A stretch of DNA of 64,000 nucleotides from NCBI GenBank assembly GCA_014905635.1, contig CM026547.1:4774001-4838000 (forward strand), given 5' to 3'. The notes below the pieces were generated by a model. It had not been told where the DNA came from and made no database searches. It saw nothing but the letters and a program-made list of their open reading frames with translations. Made by a program: the position numbers and the translations under genes. The stretch comes from Scenedesmus sp. PABB004 (lineage: Eukaryota). Shown piece after piece: positions 57,049-64,000 of this stretch (position 1 is its first letter; every line of letters starts with the position of its first letter).

Positions 57049-60000
57049 TCAGGCGGCGGCGCCCTTGCGCCGCAGGCCCCCAGCTGCGCGCGGAGGCCGT
57101 CCAGCTCGGCGGCGCTGGCGGCGATGGCCGCGACGAGGCGGTCGCGCTCCGCGAGCGCGGCGCGGCGGCGCTCGAGGCCGTCGGAGGCCAGCGCGCCGCG
57201 CCCCGCCAGCACGCCTGCCTCGAGGTCGCGCTGGGCGCGCGCGAGCTCCGCGGTCAGCTCCAGCGCGGCGGTGTTTTCGCGCGACAGCGCGAGCAGCTCG
57301 CGGCGCTTGGCCGCAATCCTGGCGTCCCAGTCCGCCAGCTCCCGCGTCCCCGCCAGCGCCTGCGACACGCGGCGAGGCTCAGCGAGCTGCGCAGCGGCGG
57401 AGCGCGGCTGCCGCCGGGGCGGCGCGCCGCGCCGCGCCTGCTGCCGCAGCGCGTCGCGCAGCTCGTCGGCGCCCCGGTTGCGCACGCCGATGGTGTCCAG
57501 CAGGGCGACGTCGATGACCTGCCCAAACTTGAGCAGCTGCATCTCCCTGCACCGCGCCGCCAGCTCCGCCAGACGCGCCTCCTTGGCGGCCTTGTCGGCC
57601 GCCAGCTGCGCGTGCGCGTGCTGCAGCTCCTTGTGCTGCCGTCGCAGCGCGCTGCGCTCCTCGTCCAGCTCCTGCGGACCCCGCGGCGCCGCCCGCGGCG
57701 GAGCGGGGCTCGCCGCAGGCGGCGGGCGCTGCGCGGGAGGCCGCTGCGTGCGCCTGCGGGCCCGCGTCCGCGCCGGCCGCTGCGCGGCGCCCACCTGCAT
57801 GCGGCGCTGGAGGCGCGACAGCTCGTGCTGGCTGAACACCAGGGCGCTCGACAGGTCTGCCGGCAGGCGCCGGTCGGCCAGGAACTCGACCTGGTGCAGG
57901 CGCAGGCTGACAATGGCTGGCAGCTGGTTCAGGCGCCCCTGCTTCTCCTGCTGGAACTCCATCACGCTCTGCGGCGGCGGCGCAGCGCGGCACGCGTCGG
58001 CGGCAGCAACACACAAGCCACCCGCGCAGCAGGCCGCCTGGCGACAGAGCCGCCGCAGCCCCACACGCGACTGCCCAGGCAGAGCCGCCCCGCGCGCGCG
58101 CCGCCAGCCTGGGGGCCGCGCGCCGCACCTGGGTGGCCCCCGCCAGCGCCTGCTCGAGCAGCTTGGCCTTCTTGGTCAGCAGCTCGCGCTCCTTGCGGAT
58201 GCCCTCCAGCGCCTTGCCCACTTCTGCACCCTCCTCCTCCTCGCCCAGGCGGCGCTCCCGCAGCTCCACGACGCGCTCGTACAGCGCGGGGTCGCACCCG
58301 GGCGGGCACACCTCCTCGCCCCCATCGTCGTCGCTGTCGTCGTCAGCGCTCTCGTCCCCCGAGTCGCTCGCCCCGCTCGCGTTGTCGTCGTCGTCGCTGC
58401 CAGCCGTGTGCCTGTGCAGGCGCTTGATCCGCCTGCGCCGGGGGCGGCGCGACAGGGCTGAGCGCCGGCGGTCGGCAGCCGCGCCCGTGGGGCCGCGCGC
58501 GCGCTGCGGCACGCGGCTGCGCGCGCGCCTCTGGAAGAGCTTGGCGAGCGCGTCTCTGAAGGCGTCGGCGTCCGCGAGCAGCGCCTCCAGCTCGCCCACC
58601 ACCGCCGCGCGCCGCTGGCTGGCGGCCTCGCCCTCGGCCTGCTTGGCCTCCAGCGCGCGCCCCACCTCGGCCAGGCAGCTCGCCAGCTCAGCCAGCTCCT
58701 GCGCCTTGGCCGCCCGCTTGCCCTCCAGCACCAGCTCGCGCACCTCGGCATCCTGCGAGGGGCGGCGGCTGGCCTGAGGCAGCAGCCCAGCACGCAGGCG
58801 TGCCCCGCAGCCGCAGCGCGCCAGGCGGGTGCACCCACCACGAGCACCGCAAGCTCCCGGTGCATGACCAGCAGCTGCCCCTCGGCAGCGCTCAGGTTGG
58901 GGGCCAGCTTGAGCTGCGCCGCGCGGCAGGCCGCCAGCGATGCATCAAACGTCGAGCGCATGCCCTCGATGTCGCCTGGCGGCGCGCAGCAGTGTCCGCG
59001 GCAGCCGCGTCAGCGGCGTGCTGGCCGATGGCCGCGCTGGCAGCGCAAGCGCAGCCGCGCTGGCAGCGCCGGCGCTCACCAAGCAGCTGCAGCCGCTCCA
59101 TGCGCAGCTGGCGCAGCTCGGCTGGCGAGCGCGGCGCTGCCTGCTGCGCCGGCGCCGCGTCGCGCCCAGGCCAGGCGGCCTGGCCGCCGCCCCCGGCGCA
59201 GGCCTTGCTGGCGGCGCCCTCACAGGCTGGCTTGCCGTGCTCCGCAGCCCCGGGGCAGGCACCAGCGCTGCTAGCAGCGGCGCCGGGCAACGTGCCCCCC
59301 AGGCAGCCGCCGCCCGTGCCGGCCCTGGCTGCAGCCTTCTTGGCGGCCACGTGCTGGGCGATCTGGGCGTCGCTCACCGCCGTGAGCTCCTGCTCCGGCT
59401 CCTCCTCGGGCAGCATGCCCAGCACAGGCAGCGGGCCTGCGCCGCGGCGTCAGGCAGCTTAGGGAAGCCCTTGCGCATCACCAACAGGCAGGCCAGGCAT
59501 GCCTGGCGAGCAACACGCGCGCACCTGCCGGTTCACCCAGTGCCTCGCTGACCGCCATCAGGCGGCCCTGCAGCGCATTCAACCGCGGGAGCAGGCTGCG
59601 CTTGGCCTCGCGCAGGCGCAGCACCTGGGCGTTGAAGCCCGCCTGCGCAGCCGCCACGTCGCGCACAAGCAACAGCATCTCCCGCCGCTTGCGGGCCGGC
59701 GTCATGCGCTGATCCTGCCGGCGCAGGCGGTTGAGCAGAGGGGGAGGGGCGACTAGCAGGCCGGCGGCGCGTCGGCGCAGTCCAGACCCCTCCTCTGCCG
59801 GGTGTGCCCGCACCTCGGGCAGCACGTGGCCGGGGTCGGTCTTGAGCTTGAAGTCGCCGATGCTGGCCGCCGCCTCGCGCAGCGCCGCCGCGTCGGCGGG
59901 GGCCTCGTAGTCGTCGTCCGGGCGCGTAACGTCAAACGCCGCCCACTCGGCGGCCCGCTGCTGCTTGGCGTGGCGCCAGAGCTCGGCGCGCGACGCAACG

Positions 60001-63000
60001 GCCGACGAGCCCGCCGCCGGGAGGCTGGCGCCGGAGGGCGAGCCCTCCACGGCACCTGGCGGCGCGCGCTGGGCATCCAGAGGCGTGGACGGGCCTGCAC
60101 CGGTTGCGCTCACCACGGCAGCCTCCTTGCTGAGCTGGCGCCGCAGCAGCTGGTCTGCCTCCTCTCGCTCGGCCTCTGCAATGGCCACCTGGTGGCGCGC
60201 GGCATGGCACGTGAGCGCGCCCAGGTGCCGCTGGCGGCGGCCGCGGGCAGCCCGCGGCAGGCGACCAGCACCAGGCGCCCAGGCCGCCTGGACTGCTGCC
60301 GAGTCTGCAACCACGTCGCCTCACCTGCAGAGCCTGCGGCAGGTCCGCCTGCCGCAGCGTGCTGACTGTGGCGCTGCCAGCCAGGCTGTGCAGCGTGAGG
60401 CGATGCACTGCCGGCGCGGTGAAGAAGCCCTGGAGCTTGGACAGCTGCAGCGCCGCGAGCTCCGCGTCGTGGGCCACCTGGGCGCGCGCGTCGGCCAGCT
60501 TCTGCTGCCGCTCCGCCTCCACAAGCGCGTCCAGCCCTGCGCGGCGCCGCCGGACGGAGAGCTGGGCGAGGCGCGGGCGCGCCGCCGCACGCGCGCGCGC
60601 GCTCGTGCGCCCCCGTTCCTGCGCGCAGCGCTCTCGCGCGCACCCGCATCGAGCTGCAGCATGTGCTCCGGCACGCGCTCGCCAGGCGGGCGCGCTGCAT
60701 TGTCCGCCAGCAGCGCGGCGTGCTCGCGCCGCATGTCCTCCACCGCGGCGACCAGCGCTGCGCGGGCCGAGGCGGCGGCTTCGGCCTGCCGGCCAAGCTG
60801 CGCCGCCTGCTTCGCCTCCTCCAGGCTGGGCGCAGCGGGTGCCAGGTCGGGGGCATCTGGCAGCCCGCCCGCCGCCGCATCCTGAGCCATCGTGGGCAGC
60901 TGCTCGTCGAGCGGCGCCGGGCTGGCGCCCGGCGCCGCGGCCGGCTCCAGCGGGTTGGCCAGCACCAGCAGCGTGCCGTCGCTGGCGGCGCTCAGCAGGC
61001 AGCTGTCGTCGTACGCCAGGGCCAGACCGGTGACGCGGCCGTCGTGCATGTCATGCAGGGCGTGCTGCCAGTGCCTGCATGCCGAGGCGCAGCGCCGGCG
61101 CGGGTGAGGCCGGCGCGTGGCAGCCATCGAGCTGGCGCCTGGCGCACCGGCGCGCGGCGCGCACGCCTGCCTGCCGCCACACCCGCACCTGCCGTCAGCG
61201 CCGCCCGACGTGTCGCGCCCCTCAAGCCGCACGACACCGTCGGCTGATCCCACCAGCGCATAGCGCCCTGAGCAGCTGCTGGCCGCGGCGGTGACGGCGG
61301 CCCCCGACATGACGCGGCTGCTGCTGAGCGGGCCGGCCTGGCTCCAGCAGCTCTCCAGCACCTGCACGGCACCAGCGGCAGCGGCCAAGCAGCAGCAGCG
61401 ATGCGGTCAGCGGCACACTCGAGCTGCGTGGGCACGCAGGGATGCCACCAACGGCGTGTTGCTCACCTGCCCAGCGCCCTGGCCGCCCACCCAGAGCAGG
61501 AAGCGGCTGCTGTCGCCGGGCTTGTAGGCGGCAAGGGTGATGGGCAGCGCGCCTGCTGCCTCGTCACTGGGCTGGCCTGCCGCCGCCGCCGCCAGCTCCG
61601 CCTCCTCCTGCGCTGAGTGCAGGGCCTGGCCGCCTGCCGCACCGCCGGGCTCTCCCGCTTGCGCCCGCTGCTGCGCCTCCTGCAGCTCCTGCAGCTGCTG
61701 CGCCTGCTGTTTGTGCTGCACCCACCGAGGCACGAACGAGCGCGTGGGCACCGCGTGCTGAAACGTGCTGGGCGCGGTGCGGCGGCGTCGGGCAGGCCCC
61801 CGTCAGCCTCGGCGGCCCAGTCCCCACCGCGCGCGCAGGGCGCAGCTGCTTGCCTGCTCGTGTCGACGCTGCCCGCCAGCGGCGGCGCGGCCTCGACCGC
61901 GACCCCGCTGCTGAAGCCAACGAGCAGGCGCGCGCCGTCAGGCGACCAGCAGCTGCAGGCCGGGCCGCTGCCGGGCAGCGCGCACGCCAGCTGCGGCGCC
62001 AGGGCGCCCGTGCTGCTGGCCACGCCAAAGAAGAACGCGCGCCCATCGCTAGCCACCGCTGCCAGGCGGCTGCCGTCGGGGCTCACCGCCACGCTGACCA
62101 CGGCCGCCTGCGCCAGGCGGCGCGGTGCGCAGCGGCGTCAGCCCGGCACAACACCAGGCGGCTGGGCTGCGCGGCCCCGCCGCTGCGGCGGCCAGCGCAC
62201 CTTGTGGGGCCTGGCGACAGCCAGCAGGCGCCAGCCGTCCGCGCAGCGCCGCACCACGCGCACGGTGCCATCAGCAAAGCCCAGCACGGCGGTGCGCTGC
62301 GCCGCGTCGGCCGCTGCCGGCAGCACGGCCACGGCAGTGGCAGCGCTGCTGAACTGGCGCTGCTGCAGCACCTCGTTGGACCTGCGACGCGGAGGGGCGA
62401 GAAGCCACGCGTGAGCGCGCTCAGCGTCGCGTAGCCGGCGCGCACGCGCCGACGCGCGCCGCCGCCTGCACCGCGCGTTGCGCACTGGTACGCAATGGCC
62501 TGGATTGCGCCGCTGCCGGACGCCGTGACGACCACATGGCGGTCGGGGCATGCAAACAAACCGAGCACGCCGCCAGCGTGGCCGTGCAGGTCCAGCAGCT
62601 TTGTGGGCGCGTACGCGCGCGAGTCCAGCAGGTTGAGCGGCAGCGCGACGCGGAACAGCGAGCCGCCGCTCGCCACCAGCCACGCGCGCCGCGCCCAGAG
62701 CGCGCCGCACACGGCGCCGCCGCCCGGCAGCGCCACCTCGGCGGCGGGGCGCACGTCGCAGACGTTGTTCGTGCCGTCCGCGGGCTCGGCGTCCAGCAGT
62801 CTGGCGAGCTCCCACAGCCGCAGCACGCCGTCGTCGCCGCCGCTGAGCACGAGGCCCGAGGCGCGGTCGTGCAGCAGCACCGCCACCGCCCCCGCGTGGC
62901 AGGGCGCGCCGCCCGGGCGGCGCAGCACCGCCTTGACCAGGCCGCCGTCCCAGAGCAGCAGCGCGCCGGACTCGCTCCCGCTCAGCACCTTGCCGTCGGG

Positions 63001-64000
63001 CGCCTCCACGACTGCCGCAACGTCACTGAGCTCCAGCGACCCAAACTTGCCGAGCGCGCCCTGCACAGCGCGGCGGGAGAAGGAAGATGGGCAGGAGGGA
63101 GAGGGGGAGGGGTGGACGTCGCCCGGCGTGCGCCGCCGTGCCGGCGCCCGCGCGGCTGCAGCGCGCGCGGCCCGCGCAGCACGCCTGCAGCTTGAGGCCG
63201 GTGAAGGTGGTGGCCATGCGCCAGAAGCGGATGTGCCCCGTGCCGCACGTCACGAGGCTGCCGGGCGTGTGCGGCGAGAAGGCCACGGTGTAGACCTCCT
63301 GGCTGAACGCCTTGCAGCGCAGCAGCGTCGCGCCGCTGGCCGCGTCCCACAGCGTGAGTTGGAAGTCGGGCGCGCCGCCCACGCCCGCGACCATCGCGCC
63401 GTCGGCGCTGAACGCCGCGCACGAGTAGGCGCGCTCCGTGCCGCCGCGCAGCGTCTGCACCAGCTGCAGGTCGCGGTCGTAGACGTAGCTGCGGCGCGGC
63501 GGCGGCGCGCGCCGGGGCGCTGTGAGCGCGCAGCGCGCAGCGCCGCGGCGGCGCCGCGCGCCCGCTCGCGCTCACATGCCGGGCGCGCCCCGCCGGCGCT
63601 TTTCGGCCACCAGGAAGCGCTGCCCGCTGGGGTGCGCCGCCACCGCGGCCACGCCGCCGCCGTCGCGGCTGGGCAGGTGGCGCTGCTGCAGCGTCGGCAC
63701 GTGCAGCAGCAGCACCACGCTGCCGGCGGCCAGCAGCAGCGTGTCGTCGTCGAGCAGGTGCAGGTTGTTGCGCTTGGCGCCGTCCAAGCTCAGCACGCGG
63801 CGCAGCGCGGGCAGCGGCTCCCCGCGCTCGGCGTCAGCAGCAGCCCCTGGGGCGTCCGCCGTGTCGCCGCCGCCGTCGCCGCCGCCGCCACTTGCCACGG
63901 CGGCGGCATCGTCGCGCCCGGCTGCCGCAGCTGCCTCGCCGCCGTGCGCCGCGAGCGGCGGCTCGGCCGCGCCGGCCGCAGCTGCGGGGTCCTGCGCGCC
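57049..64000 (-). CDS. CFAP44: Cilia- and flagella-associated protein 44 (WDR52); 5' end lies beyond the window; multi-exon
   Basis: WD40 region with [89 protein letters not shown]. Confidence 0.93.

Noticed and set aside
1..64000. Hundreds of long overlapping Arg/Ala/Pro/Gly-rich ORFs (e.g. 15616-20100, 1494 aa; 56535-58427)
   Set aside because: Stop codons are rare at this GC content. These are shadow frames or read-through across introns of the spliced genes listed.

Overview
Eukaryotic nuclear DNA, extremely GC-rich (roughly 80% by eye) and gene-dense. It has many short introns (GT/GC-GCGC donors, CGCAG acceptors) and TGTAA polyadenylation signals, which points to a chlorophyte green alga, probably Chlorophyceae (inference). 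About 27 spliced protein genes can be reconstructed: SGNH esterase, flavin amine oxidase, phosducin-like TXNDC9, GRAM/VASt protein, METTL7-like methyltransferase, two alpha/beta hydrolases, a rhomboid pseudoprotease, SET/LSMT, AK7, GIY-YIG-NFU, PSTK, ATX1, a coiled-coil protein, organellar ThrRS, NIP7 (3' exon only), S1FA, proteasome alpha-4, CDIN1, an OTU-like protein, plastid aldolase, two tandem fucosyltransferase-like genes, a full-size ABCG transporter and CFAP44. Main highlights: (1) an unannotated double-guide box C/D snoRNA antisense to LSU rRNA, next to a 5'-truncated NIP7 and a GCCAAAA minisatellite; (2) a ~200-bp 5'UTR plus transit-peptide module shared by two adjacent unrelated genes; (3) unusually frequent GC-AG introns; (4) a 40.3-43.1 kb island with a candidate spliced non-coding transcript, repeated hairpins, a 26-bp palindrome and an OTU-like gene; (5) a GPx-type inactive rhomboid. 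All coordinates and exon structures were read by eye and no database searches were run. CDS coordinates are gene spans including introns.
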